The notes: generated by a model not told the origin, from the sequence alone. A DNA stretch of 62,344 nt, filler included, from Choristocarpus tenellus KU-1152 (GCA_964200185.2; 10 parts of 10 records of this genome joined end to end with filler, not necessarily neighbours in it), one strand, 5' to 3'; positions 24,729 to 39,811 are shown, counted from the whole stretch's first letter. A program made the numbers and translations.

Positions 24729-25060
24729 CGAAACTTAAAAACGTTGGGTATGCACTACTACTGGGCCACTCTATGCTCCTCTAGGCTTCTGGAAAGAGCT
24801 CTGGGGCAACGACCACTTTTTCTATCAATAATAACAGTTAGGTCTGGGAATGAGAGCCGTTACATTGCCGTTGTGGACACTTTTTGTAATTACCTCTTTA
24901 CTGAGGTTTTTGTGTATTAATTTGCCAATGAACTGTTTGGAAAACCTCTCTCATCCATATCTCACTTTGGTTTGCTCACGAATTCTGGATTATTATTATT
25001 ATTTTATTCAATGTTTGCATTCCACTCATCCCCCTCCTCCCCATCGTAGCACCACTTGTT

Positions 25061-25362
25061 ACCAACCAGTGCGAACACTTTCGCCACTGATTTCCAGTGA
25101 CCTCCCCCCCCTGAGATGACCAACCAATGCAAACCTCCTTCGACACTGATTTCCACCGCCCACCCCTGATGACCAACCAGTGCGAACCCCCTTCGACACT
25201 GATTTTCCAGTCACCTCCCACATCTGATGACCAACAATGCGACCCCTCCGCCACTGATTTCCAGTCACCCCGCCTTTATAATGACCAACTGGTGCGAACC
25301 CCCTTCAAGACTGATTTCCAGTCACCCCCCCTTTGTAATGACCATCTGGTGGTGCGAACCCC
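25061..25362. repeat. ~55-58-bp minisatellite, over 5 copies, running into the contig end
   Basis: The unit ACCAACCAGTGCGAACCCCCTTCGACACTGATTTCCAGTCACCCCCC...ATG is repeated with variation. Confidence 0.9.
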
Positions 25363-28300
25363 NNNNNNNNNNNNNNNNNNNNNNNNNNNNNNNNNNNNNN
25401 NNNNNNTTAATTAATTAANNNNNNNNNNNNNNNNNNNNNNNNNNNNNNNNNNNNNNNNNNNNAGGGACTGGTAAACAAACGGGCCCCCCCCCCCACTAGA
25501 TTTCCGTATGTTTCCTTTCCTGCGTATGTATCTATCTTTGATACCTCCTCGTGATTCACACCTTGACTTGCAATGGTCAGTCAATAAAGATGTCTGGGTC
25601 AAGGTTGAGGAACTGCTTACCGATCAAGAAGTCACATGACAACATATACACGGTTTGGGCCAGGGTAGTGGAAGTCACCCAACAGGATACAAAAAAATGG
25701 AAACGGTTGTAAAATTTGGCGAATTGATTTCTTCAAGCTGGCAACATGCGTTGGAGTGGGTGATGGGAGAGGTGGCAGCAATGACACACTCCAGAGGCAG
25801 TGAGAACGTTCTTCATCCTTTCCTCAAATGTTCTAATCTTTCTGCTATGTTTTGGCCACTCCTCCTTCTCAGGTAGACTTGGAGCATATGTTATCGCTAT
25901 GAGGGAGCATTGCAACAGTTCAAACATATAAGCTGGACCCCAACAACCTTAAAGTCTTTTGTACTCTTCTGTACTCTTAGTATACAGTGGTCAGTGCTTG
26001 TTAATGGAGGTGCACATTGTCATCTTCCTGCATAGGATAAGACTGAAGGTGGATACACGGCAAGCTGAAAAGTTGAACACTGGAGGAAGCTAGTTGCACA
26101 GCAGCAGTGTGTAGCGGGAGCCATTTTTCCTAGAATTGGGATCTGTAGCGGTAGTAGTCCAGAGTGGAGGTCTGCACCTACGTCATTTCATTCATTTACA
26201 TTATTACCATTATATTACTATTATTATTGTCATTATTGATATTATTTCTATTTTGTCATTAAAAACGCCCGCTATACACTGCTTTTGATTCGCTGCATGT
26301 AATGGATAGGTGCAGGCCTCGCTGTAATGGTGACATTCCTGGGATGGTGACAAAAAATGTACTGTCCATCCAACTACCACTAGAGAGATCATCTATCCTA
26401 CAAATAGTGAACTTCACAAGTGGTTACGTCACGAATCCAATACATTTTTGTGCTGGTGAGTTGTGGTGGCACCATGGATCTCAGTGTTACTGCACAATGA
26501 TGATATGATCAAGACGATGCTGCAACCTTTGTTGATACATTTTGCCAACTCAACATTACATGACATGACATGAAACGTCAAACCACTTTGTGATGACCAA
26601 GTGTCTCGAATATTTGGCTTCTCTCTACTATGTGATACAATGCGTCTGCTGTCATACAGCACTGTACTATGCATTGCTTGAAAGGGAAGTATCATGCCCT
26701 GTGTTTAACATTCTATTCATACATGTTTCATGAAAAGATGAGCAATAAGAGCAAAATGAATTACAAAACTTTTCGTAACGATTGTTTCTTATCTGACCAA
26801 AAGACATGCCAACACGCGAGGGATATGTACTGGTAGTGTCGAATCGATAGCCACATTTACGAAGACTGGAAGATCTTAGAGTGTTCACTACCATAACAGA
26901 ATGCAAACCAGGGTGAGAACTCGCTCATTCTGGGCATTATCACAAGAGCAAAATATAATAGATTGAATGACAATTATATTGTTGTGGTCAAACATGAGGA
27001 GTTTTCCATTAGGTTTTTCTTTTGGGGAGCAACAAGAGGTCGATCAAAATTGGTAAAGAAATTCGTTCACCGCCCCTGTGAATAGTCTATTATGACAACG
27101 ACGTGAAGGGAAATGGTGGGATTGCGCAAAGGGTAGGTGCAGTAGTTTCATCCAAGGTTAAACCCAGCCAAGCAGCCTCACTTGTGTCCTGAAAGAACTT
27201 CAAAACTGATCGTCACGAGGTCAAGGAGGTAACAGTAGGGGTTCTTATCCTCTTGTGCCTCTAGCAGTGCTATTCGCTAGAAGGACTGGCTCTCATTACA
27301 ATCTAGTCTGGACAAAAAACAACTCGAAGCTCGGAAACAAAACACACCTCCAACGGGTGCATGCACAGGTCAGATGTACCCTCCAGGGTGCCCGGCGTGG
27401 ACACTTCTATGGAGCGACACTCCGTCAGCGTTTTGAACTTCTCCGGTAGAGCTAGATTCATAAGCTGGGACAATACACCAAGGAAAATGAAGGGTGTGAA
27501 TGAGGTGGTAATGCAGAAGTAGCATGAAGGAAAAGGACATTGAAACCTGAAGACAAATCAGTTGTGAAAAAGGTTAGTGCAGGTAGCGGAAAATATGCAC
27601 GGCCAAAGGAAGACACCAATATAAGGAAACAGTAAGTACATGCCACTTGAGCTTTAGTTTTAGAAGTCTGCATTAACAGATGATATCCATTCGTGTGTGA
27701 TATTCATGGCCGAGTCTTTGAAACGAAATGCAACCTCAATGTTTCAGGTAGGTGTTAGAGGGGTTGACAATACGATAAAAGACGAAAATCGAAGTCCCAC
27801 TTGATGAAGGATTGTAGTGTGGACTGTCTCGTACCTTGAGAATATTTATCCAAAGTTGCTTCTCACTACATAGAAACTTTACGACGAGCAATTTCCTTAC
27901 CTCATCGGAGCAAGAGGTAAACGATGAGAGCTCAACTTTATCCTTGTCCCCAGTAACAGAGGTCATCGAAGCATAAACTGGGTGAGATATCTACACACAC
28001 ACACATCAAACTTCTTCCTACCTTGGTAGACTGGAAATGTGTACCTCATTTCAAAAGAGCGGGCCGTGTGTCCCAATAGACTACACCAGTGCAAGATATG
28101 CCCAACGTATCTATATCTTTGTTACTACAACAACTATCGTTGAATGCAATGGGTACATCTTGTAAGAACAAAACATCAGCAAATTATCCATCACAAACTA
28201 TTGTCTATTCCAAAAAGAGGGACCCAACTGGGTACAAGCACACACAGACGAGGTACTCACATTCACCATCGTTTTGTCGTGATCGGCCACAGAGGGCAAG

Positions 28301-30129
28301 TTTTTCTTGGCCGATTGAACAACACTTAACACCTCGAAAATATCACCCTTTTATCGAAGCCCAACACTGCGCGTATGCCCCAAATTAATTGTGTCCTCCA
28401 CTCCAGCACACCGCAACGAGCTCTCGACTGCACCGTGCGAGTACCTTAATCGCACACTTCAAGCAGTAGCTCCCTAGCTCATGACGAGCTGCAATCGAGC
28501 AACCCAGCGCCTGTGACAACGTCACCAAATCATTCCTCTAGTCCCCACTATTAAGCCCTTACGAGCAACAGGATTTCCTTACTTAGTCCGTGGAGGATGA
28601 TCCGCTGAGGATACCTACCTAGAAAGCTGATTTGTGTGTATCGCCAAAGATAAATACCCTTAAGCAGCTCTAACAACGACACCTCCACTATGGAACCTTA
28701 GATGTCCTAAGACAATACCCTGTTGCTCTACGTTAGGGTATTACACACACCTCTACTCTCTTTCTCCTTACCAAAATAATAATCCTTTATCAAGAAACGT
28801 CATAAATCAATCTCGTCTATATGAGAAAGGTTTTCCCGGTAGATACATCCTTCGAAATCCTTCCATCCATCCGTTGAGAAAAGACAAAATCTCTGTTTTG
28901 TGGTACGGCATGGGATACTCTACGTGACAACGGAAAGATTTCTCCCCTTACACTAGAATCATAAGTATGGTTTTGATTCTATATTCCATACGATATTCTA
29001 CTCCACTTCATCCTTCATGAATAACGACCACCCTCTATTTTATTGGGAGTTTTCATGGAACCGTGTCGTACAGTTGACCATTTCATTTAATAACTGAAAG
29101 ATCACACAACTAAGGTTGAAGTGGGTAAGATGTTCGAATTATGGAACAGACCGAACCAACCAGGGTTTTGTGACACTAACAAGAGTACATAATGAATAAT
29201 TGGAGAGAGGATGGATGAAGGTAGTGGTGAGGACCCAAATCCAAACAAACCTACACTTCTAGAAGACATCATGTCCCGTGACAAATAAACATTTCCCGTT
29301 TTTGTTTGTAGACATCCTATATATAAATGGTGATGTTGTTCCACTGTATATTGTCTCATTACTACCTCGTTCCTTCATTGGTCGGTCCGATGAGATAAGC
29401 AAGTTCGAAGGATATATACCAATAGCATCGTGTGCGTATGATGTTGTTATGATATAGTTCCTCAGTTCGGAACTAAAGGTAACGTAAACTTTGCAGCCCC
29501 AATAAAGAAAGATTTTTTCACATCTTTGTATTTTATGGTGTAGAAGCTAAAAGCAATGATGGTGCCTGCGTGGCGGCCAGATGTTGGAGATGCAGTCTGC
29601 CGCCAAATATCAACCAAAAAATGAAGCAGCCTAAACCTATCTGTGATTCCACCCCGGGAACCCTCCAAAACTCCATTCCAGCATGGTATTTCACCATATC
29701 CACGAAGGCATTTGGGGGGGCTTGCCCATTTTCTCAGCCTTTTCCTTGATAAGATGGGGATAATAGAAGACGTCACGTTTGGACCTATACACACAACATG
29801 AAGGGTTTTCTTCACACAGCTCAGGCGTTTGCGTTATTTGGTGTTTTGGAGCATACGGTCCCTGACAGGACCTATGGTCACTCCTTAAACAAATAACAGA
29901 GCTGTAAGCCCCAACGTGGGGTGGAGTCCTTACCAGCCATCATAGATCAGTTACTGTGGTTAAACTGACTATTATTCAATTGAATTCTCAAGACCTTATC
30001 ATAGAATTGAGCACAATGCTAGAATTGGCTGGGGGAGCCCAACACGTGATTGCAGGAGCTTGCTGGAGCTTGAAGTGGACACACAACCAGGCAGAAACCA
30101 GCAGAGCGGCTAGATTGAAGGGGTCCAAC

Positions 30130-31660
30130 ATGTCAAGGAACAACATAGATAGACCTGGCGCAGCCTGAGGGGGGGCTTGCGTGGGACCAATTGTCTAAGG
30201 TGGAGATTATGCAGCACGTTCAACCTCCGTGTGTTGAGAGACTGACAGAGAAGGAGGTGAGGTAGTTTCTAACAACAGCTCGGCAGGATTATAAGCTGAG
30301 TGTTAGGGTGCAGCACTCAAAAAGGGGGTGTGCAAATTGTGCTTGTGACACTGGCCGAGTGTTACAGGCGATATGTCTTGATGGCGGTTTCATAAACGCC
30401 ATTATGACATTGAAGTTCTAGATTTGATATATTTGTACTTCTTGACTATTTATTTATTATTTAGTCATTATATGGTCCCCGATTGTGATAAGACGTTGTT
30501 GTTCAGTTCCTTTTTATATGACGATATTTACGATAATCCAAGTGAGAGATCCAGCATACTTAACGACTTATGCATCAGGAGTCCTATACCTACATCAGCA
30601 TCATCTATAAGACCGTGTATTGGAGCTATACATCCTGGGGAAGTAAGCATTGAGGGGCGCCTGTAACACGAGTCCCTTAACGTTGCTCAGAGACAAGCAC
30701 TGGTGAGGGGCGAGCTCAAGACCAATTGGGCTGCAGTAACTGAGGACCTACTCCTGAAAGCACTCAAGAAGGTAGCGTGAGTTGACAACAAAGACCGCGC
30801 CTTCGACATTGGGCAAATCCAACGGAATCTGCAGAGGGTGACCTGGATGAGAAATGAAGGACCTGATTGGGTCATGTGAGTGATCTAGGACATCGAGGGC
30901 TATCTAGAAGATAATAATCTGGACGGCGCCAGACAGCAACCATCAAGTGCAGGGGAGAAACAAGCTGACTGCGTGCAGCTCAAGGCACGAGGAGCCAGCA
31001 GGGGATTGCTCCCCAGCCTGCAACCGAGTTCTGGCAAGGCACTGGTGGTGGAAGTACTAGTGGCAGGGCAATAGGGTCAATGAGATGGTTCCTGATCATG
31101 TGGATCATGGAATGCCTCTGCTGCCGCCAAACCCACAAACCTGCACATTAATCCTTATGTAAGTCATACTGGCATGCGAAAAATCCAGGGCGCTCATGAA
31201 GGTGCATCCCTGGCAATGGAAGGGGTGGATATGGAAAGGTTAAGCTACCATGGTACAGCAGATGTAACACCAGTGGGGGTCAACATGCACGGGAAGTTGC
31301 TTTTCAGTATGAAGGTCCTGATGGACCCAGGATCAGGGCTCAAAGGCATATTTGAGAGCCTGGAGCTGAAAATCCAGAAGCATTTGGTGGAGCAGCGCTG
31401 ATGAAGCCCCTCAACCACCCTTTCCTGGTGAAGGTCGCAAATGGCTTCTCTGAGACCATCAGGAACGTGACATGTCCCTTAAATGTGGCACTCCACTCGG
31501 GCTACTGGACTGTGGTAGTGAGAGATCTTGTCCTGGCATTTATACCGGGCAATTATGGCATGTTCATTGTGGGCAGCAAGACATTGCGGGATATACAGTT
31601 CGAAATGAAGCAATCCTTCAAGGAGGCAGCCAGATTGAAGGCAGAAGTGTCTATAGACCC
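30130..31660 (+). mobile_element. Degenerate Ty3/Gypsy LTR retrotransposon gag-protease relic
   Basis: KVLMDPGSG (aspartic-protease D[ST]G-like motif) is followed by VKVANG and FIVGSKTL (ILG-like motif) at 31174-31660. Upstream lie broken gag-like frames with many stops. Boundaries are approximate. Confidence 0.65.
30360..30668 (+). mobile_element. Solo LTR (309 bp)
   Basis: TG...CA ends carry an 11-bp perfect inverted repeat TGTTACAGGCG/CGCCTGTAACA. The 4-bp TSD CGAG lies at 30356-30359 and 30669-30672. A second copy starts at 49361. Confidence 0.85.
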
Positions 31661-31661
31661 C

Positions 31662-32894
31662 AACACTTCACTGTAGACTGCAAAGAGGCTCTGCCAGACA
31701 CCCTCTGGTGTTTTCCACGAGTACACATTGAACGCCTCTATTGTGGCCTCCATCATCTCCTCTCTGTTGGTCACCCCGACGTCTTCCTTCAGTTGCTAGA
31801 ATGAATGAAAGAATCCCAGGTCATTGACATTGAGGTCGGGTAAGTTGACTGGCTGGGTCTCTATGACAATGTCGTCCCCCACCTCCTCCTCGATTGCCTC
31901 CATGATTTTTGGGTGTGTGGCTTCACCCCTTCCAGGTGCACGAAGACAGCGTCCTTCCGGTCTTGGCATGCGATCGTTGATCACCAGGATGACATCCTCG
32001 ATCATTATGTTCTTATACCTCTCCCCGTCCACCATAACTGGCACAGGCACCTTCGTACCCTTGGGGTGGAGTTTGCTGGAGCGCTGAGCGACCTTAGTGT
32101 ATAAGATTGGTCAGGTTCAGATTTTCCCATCGAACCGTACCCCGTTCGAGAGCTTCCTAGGGCGAGGCACAGCTGCAAGGAACATCGCCTTCATAATGTA
32201 ATGCTTATTCTATGCCCGTGGAGGGTTGGGGGGGTCTTTAGTGGGGTACAGGTACACACCCTGTCCATCTTTGAGGATGAAAAACCACTTGTTGTTCACA
32301 TGCACTTATGTGATACAGATTGTCCAGTAATACCCCACTTCCACCCCTCCTGTGTGTGTGGCTGATGACGAAACCCACCCTGTTGACTTTGTGCTGGTCT
32401 GAGAGGACTGGCATGATCCACCGCTTGACCTTCTTCACCTTCTTGCACTTGCACAGACACCACAACAAGCCAATGGAGGACCCTGGAAGTCTTGGTGGAG
32501 GTCCTACCGTGACTCCCACATTGTAACAGATGTGCCATGTACCGATGAGACACCCCGAATGCCAAGGATACCTATACAGCAGTGACATCGCCCCTTGCGA
32601 CATCGTACAAGGTCTATGCATTCAGCCTATATGATGTAGCTGTCATACTCCTTCAGATGACGGATATGGTGATCTGGGAGATTCATAAGCCCTCTACAAT
32701 GGCCGCAACCTTCCCCAAAAGCATCCAAAACTCACACCCTCTCACCTCCAGGCATCACACCACCACACTGTTCCTTGTCGGCGTGTTTGAGCCTGTACCC
32801 CGGACAGACTTCTGGGTCGAAGAATTAGGACCAACTGGCTATAACGGGATGAGTGAGAACTGTTCGAACAACAGGGGGCCTTTGGCCTAGCCAT
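31662..32894 (-). mobile_element. Degenerate DD39D mariner-like transposase
   Basis: Motifs in order: IMPVLSDQHKVNRVGF, HYMKAMFLAAVPRPR...FDGKI, QPVNLPDLNVNDLGFFHSF (cf. QPPNSPDLNVLDLGFF) and MMEATIEAFNVY. It contains frameshifts and stops and is 3'-truncated against the Gypsy relic. Confidence 0.9.
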
Positions 32895-33315
32895 CCCAAT
32901 AAACACTGCTTTGACAGTTTCACGAGGCTTTTGAACCCTATCAAATATGGTCAACTTTATACTGGTGATCCTCTACAGTCACGATAGCCCGCATCCAGGC
33001 AAGAATAGAGCTTGCAAAAGCTATTTAATTCCGAATATTGGAAATACACATTACTATGCCCTCTAACAATTTTTTGTATATGTGTCAGGGAAAAACAAAC
33101 CTACATCACAGGATTCCTGTAAAAATAACAGTCAGTTGTCGTCAATGCAAGAAATACCTCTCTAATAATAAATTATATCTGAAAACTAGGAATAAAACAA
33201 TGCTCCCTTGAAGGTTGGTAACTTCAATATATCATGTGTATACTACTGCTATACCTCTAACCTAACTTAGCCCTACAGAGGTGGGCGAGGAGCTAGGGAA
33301 GGATCCCGAATATCT

Positions 33316-33571
33316 GAGTGAAAGTATTTTAGAGGGTAGGAGTTTTGCCCTGTTTGTCCGTTCGCGGCTTGGCTTCCCACGGGTTTTTCATTCCTTTTTT
33401 CGGTTTCTGTGTGAACACAGTTACCTAAAATGTACACAACTATGAAAAGTGTGTCCGGAGCAAGGATATTGACACTTGCTAACAAGCATAATAGCCAAAA
33501 TTCATCAAAACCGTAACATTGGATTTATGATCCAGAACGGACGCGGCCTTACCCTGTTAAATGCTTGGGTA
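33316..33571 (-). mobile_element. MITE family A, divergent subfamily copy
   Basis: Starts GAGTGAAAGTATTTTAGAGGGTA, with a 4-bp TSD ATCT. It shares the variant internal block TTCACACAGAAA(A)CCGA with the 52721 copy. Confidence 0.85.
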
Positions 33572-34585
33572 ATCTAGCAGGCCTCTTCTTCCCCATCTAC
33601 CTGGTGTCTCGACCTTGAAATGTATAATGCATCTTGAGAGATCAAGTCACTTCTACAGTGACAAGCGGACAAATCTGTCTCAAATGGGACTTGACAACCC
33701 CTTTCCTACAGTATCCTCCTGCCCCTCTCCCTCCTACTGCATTCGTGGCTAACTCATTCAAGAATCTTCCTGGTATAATTTGAGGGTGGTGACGAAAATA
33801 TAGTTCAAGTGTAGAGGTTTTTATTAAGATACAAAAGTGTTAAGATAATTGTAACCACACTTTGATTATTTTCTACACCGTTGTATTATACCCACACTGA
33901 TATATACTACGTACTTCAAATTGCTATAATAATGATAAATCATCAACCTCTAAACAGCTTCTACGTCCACTACAACCATTTGTTCAAAACTCGGACAAAT
34001 GTTATTTCACTTCCGTAAAGTTCTGTGTCAACAGTTCCCCAGATGTGTTGTATGTAGTATGTATTTCTGTATGATACTTACATAAGGTTCGAAGTACATA
34101 TTGCTTGCTACCGCAGTGTTGTATTTTTCCGTTTGCTGAATGTTATTATCGTGTTACGTACATCTGCGTCATGTACCACAGTTTGGACGAGATGTTGAGA
34201 GCACTACACAACAACATTCCTTTGAGTAGTTGAATACTTTTATTTTGATTGGAGAGTTGCAGGCAATGGATACAGTATTTTTGATGTTTTCGCGTCCATT
34301 GTAACGGCATAATACAGTATTGAGTGTGATGTTGTCCAAGGTGCCATCCAGTCTCAGAACCGCAAGGATAATATCATTTCTTTCTATTATAATTTTCATC
34401 AATTTATTCTGGGTCTTGTGATCAAAGGCACCCCATACCACACTATTTCGGCTCTGTTGTAACAAATTGTTGTAGTGTCTCTGTCCTATGCATTGCTTCT
34501 CGCGGATTGGGTTCAACCATCCCACGGTGACTCCACCTCCTCCCTCCAATATTGTGCTGCACCCGCCTTAGTGTTGCTCAGCAAT

Positions 34586-34844
34586 GAGTGAAAGTATCTT
34601 AGAGGGTACGAATTTTTCCCTGTTTGTCCATTTGGGGCTTGGCTTCCCACGGATTCTTTTATGACATTTTCCTACTCCAAAATGGTTCGGAGTAGGGAAA
34701 GTGTATACGTTATGAAAAGGTGTGATCAAAACATGGATATTGACACTTCCTAACAAACACAATATCCGATATTACATCAAAATCGCAACATTGGATTTTA
34801 GTCCCCAAATGGACGCGACTCTACCCTCTAAGATACTTTGGCTT
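34586..34844 (-). mobile_element. MITE family A copy
   Basis: Both TIRs are present, with an apparent 3-bp TSD AAT. Confidence 0.92.
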
Positions 34845-37800
34845 AATAAAGCCTTGACACCTCATTATTGTTTTGGCATTCTTGAGGCATAGTAGCAACA
34901 GGATAGGAGCGAAGGAGGTGTACAATCCGTATACAGTGCTTGCCACTTGAAGTTTGGATAACCAAGACCAGATTTCCATTTTTAAAAGTATGGCGTCAAT
35001 GGGGTTCAAATACGCAAAGTTCATGCAGCAAACAGTCCACACCACCACTGAGTCACGAGGATGTATGGAATGTGTGCTGAGAAATAGAGCACTGTAGATT
35101 AAAAGTTAGCAGTACAGACCACTCTATAACACTACACAAGCAAACTACAATACATATACCTTTGGGCGAAGGACCACAAAGCTTCATGTCCTATTCATTT
35201 ACAGCGATTCTGGTGCACTCATCGTAGGTAGTTATATTATTCAAGAGCTGATGGATGGTCTTAGCAGGAAGAGACTAAAACAAGGAGGAGAAGAGTATTA
35301 GGCGTGGTGGTACATGATACTTCACCCAACTACTTGCACCTAGTATTATTATTATTATTAGTAGTAATAACTTTAGAGCCCACTGTACTCTGGCGTGTGT
35401 TCACCTTGTCCTGCATTTTATATTTTGATGTCTGGACCGAGGTTAATGTCTGCACTTGCTGTGTCTGCTAATCATCATCTTGGTGCTGTTTAATGTGGAG
35501 GTCATCTGGATGTCTTGGGATGGACTAGAGACAATGGCTACTCTCACAATTCAAGCCAAAAAATTAGCCACAGTCAGCCAGGCAGCTAGGCTATATAATG
35601 GGTAATGAGATAGAGTACAGTAACATTGCCCATCGCAGGTTGGTGCCTAATATATAGTGCCTCCAACTAAGCCGAACCAAATGAGATTTAGGCAGGTTGA
35701 AACCACTTTGCATTCTAAGCCATATTTCTTAACCTGTGCAATACACTATATTTCCATTGCTTTACGTGCACAATAGTGTACGAAAAATATATATTCCCTC
35801 GTTCCCCTACAAGATGATACCACAATGAAGCATATACTCTTTCTGCAATTGTACAAGATGACGTATTTTTGTACTTTCTCAGGATGCAACCCTGCCTACC
35901 TCTCAATTGGTTTGACTCTTCTAGAGACTCTATAAAGTCAGATTCAACTATTTGGGGTGTGTGACATCAATGCATAGACACACGTTATGTCAATTACCCT
36001 GAAAGGTTGCACAAAGATAGAGCGAGAACAATTGATATACTCCAGTAATATACTTGAAGTGATAGTGTTGAGGTTTTCCTTCGACACACCACAACACACA
36101 GTTAAGGCTCAAACTTTTACGATTATACCTACCAGAGAAGCGTTGCAAATCGGTAACGCACGACAAGAAATCTCCATCAACAAAAGCGTTCTTTTTGGCT
36201 ATTTAAAAGCTCCTCCTTTCTTCGCAATGTATTACATTTGAGGCAAGGAGACGGATCTACTGTGCATGGTTGTACCAGCAACAGTCTTGCGATCCAAGAG
36301 AAGTATTGATCGGACCAAAGATCGGTTCAGTTGTTCGAGATCACTCTGCCAAACAGGTGCATTCACGATAAGCAAATAAACACTTTGCTCTGCCAGGAAT
36401 ACTGCAATACACTATGCTCGACAGATCGAGCATCATTCCCAGTTCCTGCAACACTGCACTGGGTTTACGCACAATTTGGCCATTCCATATCATACAGAGA
36501 TAAGTATTGGTGCACAACCGAGTTCGAGAGAATCAAGATGGTGCTGGGAAAAAATAAAGTGGGCAAGTTGTCTAATAATAGCTAGAGTTCAGCGTTTCAC
36601 AGAGAAATATTACTAACATAGAAAGGAGATTGCCTAATGCACAACCTAACATATGCTGAAGAGTTGGTTACAGCCACCAACACATCCTCGCTAGTGCTTT
36701 ACTGAATCTGACATTTAACATTTAGGCATTATCGGCTTAATTTGGAGTGAAGGGTTGTTCAATCCTATCTATACCCCAATTAAACAAATAAAGTGAATAA
36801 CCGAAGTGAGAGATCCAGCATAATTGACGTCATTTCCTTTATGACGCCCTCTATGAGCCTGATCTCCCACATACAGCCTTGTGGATTGGAGTTACATACC
36901 CCTTCATGGTAAGCTTGCGGATTGTTTTGTAACACGTTTTCTCGCTGGATGGATTCCCCCTGTGGACCCTGCTGTAAGGATTGTGGACTGTTGTCGTGCT
37001 CATATGTTCTTGGGTATGTCATCTACCCCACAAAAATATCTGCAAAATATGCGGTATTACAATATAGTTGGACAGGTAGATGGAAAGGAGGTAGTATCAC
37101 GATAGATACAGACATCCAGTGTGTATTTGTGCATATTATATATATAGAAGTACAGTGTATTTGGAAAAGAGTGGTTCCAAAAAACTATTAGAAAGTAGCT
37201 TATCGCTTTAGAATATGGCATGCATACTAAGTTTTACTAATTAGTTCCTACAATTTAATAACTTCTGAAGACGTAATTGAGCCACTCTTCGAAGGCCTCG
37301 AGAAAGGTAGTAAAAGGCGACCATAATCTAACCGAATTTAGCACTGAATGATTTTGTGGAGGGTTGCTACAGATTGAACAACTTCCTTAACCACAGAGTC
37401 GCAGTGGCGTCCTAGTTTTCTAAGGACCACCAAACGAGATTTGAATGGCCCAGGAAGTTCTGTATGGTATTTTCAAGGTTTGATCTCCCCTCCTGTATCC
37501 TCCTTCTCATTGAACATCCACCAAATCTTTGCAACCAATCTTACGTTTATCTCTTCTGTCCCAAGAATTTCCAACCAATCCTCATCTTTGTTCACCTCCT
37601 CAGAACACACCAAGGGTTTCTTCCTTCATGGACACATTCTTGGACAACCTTCAACTGGTGACATCTCGTCCACACAAAACTTCTTTGGGACCGTTCACCT
37701 TATCCCTAGTGAGATCTCCTCCACCAGATAATCTTATTCAGGATGGTTCACCCCATTCCAGCAATTGATGTACGTTTACTCCACAATTTTATTGGGAATA

Positions 37801-39811
37801 ATCCATTACTCATCAATTCCTAAAATTCCGAAAGCGCAACACACACACAATGTGATCTGGGCTTAGTGAGAATTACTCCCTCGAATCATTGGTCACTGGG
37901 AGTGTACCACTACTCACCTCGTTACTTCCGTCCTGCCAAAAGCCTATCCGATTCCTTCTTTTGTCACTGTATAGTATCAAAGTGTGGAGTATACTTTATA
38001 GTTTGGTCGCTGGAAGTGTACCACCACTCACCTCGTAACTTCCATCCAATCAATTGCCTACCCAATTCCTCAATTTATCCACCCAGTGATAACATCATTT
38101 CCCCTTTTGATGGGATTTTTGAAATCAGATTTTTGTCACACCTTTGATCTCATCTAGTATGGTCTAGTCTCTCCCTCTCTCTCCCTCTCCCTCTTGTAAC
38201 GGCATGGATAATTATTTTGCACTCTCCCTCGTTCACAATTCCCGTCCCTTGTTTTTACCGCCCTCTCTTTTTCTGGATATAATAACAAATCGTTCACCAA
38301 TCCGTTTTGTATCCGTCGGTTCATGTTCCTGAAACCACAATACCTCCACTAATTACAATATTGCTGAATTTTCTCCTACTCTCTGTCTTCTCTTCTGTTT
38401 CTATCAACACCTTCACGTGTTTTATTTTGGCTCCTCATTTACGTGTTGTAAGACATTAACATATGTCTTATTTTCCTTTGCTCACAAATTTCTCTAGTGT
38501 ATTGTTCAAACTTTGGTCTCCCTTTCGAGAAAAATATTTCTGCATAACTGGCCTCGATCCCAGTTCTCTTTTACTAGCAGGTTTCTGGACTGTATTGTCG
38601 AGCTTTGGTCTACCTATAAGTAAGACTCCTTCCTACTTGACTTACCTTGGATCCCCAAATGAAAATCACTAACCATATGTTGTTTGCTAATATCATACTT
38701 ACTCTTCTCTGCATCCGATTCCAAATTTCCTAAATTTCTCATCCCTAACTCCATTGTTCCTCTCTTCGATTGCCCAGCAGCCCCCTCTATCCCAACGAAT
38801 ACAAAACAACATTTATCGACTCTTCCCCCAGGTATTTCGAAAATCCATTTAGACTTGTGTCATTAATTGGGCAACAACGTTTTCCCAGAGCCCACAGTGT
38901 ACACATAAACAGGGACAGAAAGTTAGTCTGTATTTTCTAGGAGGTTCCAAAATATCGCAGTTGACATAGATGTGACTCATCTCACATTGTCACTCTACAC
39001 TTGTGACATATCGCAGTTGTAAACTGTGCTATTGGGAGTGCTGATACAAGCATACACACCAAGTGACAACAAATACGTATATGGTTTTGTATAGTTGAAA
39101 CGACAAACGGTGATGACGAGTTAGATAAGCGACAGTGGCGCCATCTGACTCAGTGCACTCATGGATGGTTAGGAGTGCCCCATATTTTTGTGTGGAGAGC
39201 AATATCTGCATCTAACAGTTACATCAGTGTATGAATCTCGTTCTCATCATTCAGTTCTGTGAAGAGCCCCATCCTTTTCGAGCCTTCAACACGGGATTCT
39301 CCTCATTTTCTGCATCTTGAGTGGCAAAAAATGTCTTGAAAGGCTTACAGTACAGATATTAGCGCGAACTTGTAGCAGAGGTGTTGAGGGGTAAAATTGG
39401 GTTGTATTTCTATGCTTCTCTATGCGGGTTCAGTTAGATTCAAACGTATACGTGAACAACTTCATACAGTCGAACCCAAACTAGCCAATTGTTACCAGAA
39501 TGCTTCGCCTGTTCATGCATCATGTACACAAGTGCTTCTGGTGTTCACACGCATCCTTTGGTTACAGTGTTACACATATAGTTCCGAAGGGTCAAAATAG
39601 ACAGAAGGACTGAGCGATAGGGCATACATGTGTACATTACTTCACACAACAGTCACAAACTGACAGCGATCGGTGAGTTGCCACAGAAGTTCTTCCAAAG
39701 TTCAGGACAGCATGATGTTTATTTTTATGTTACTGGTAAAGGGCATCAAGATAAGACAGTATTATTTTATACTCGGACAGCAATGTTTGCAATAAGAGTG
39801 ACCCTATCTAC

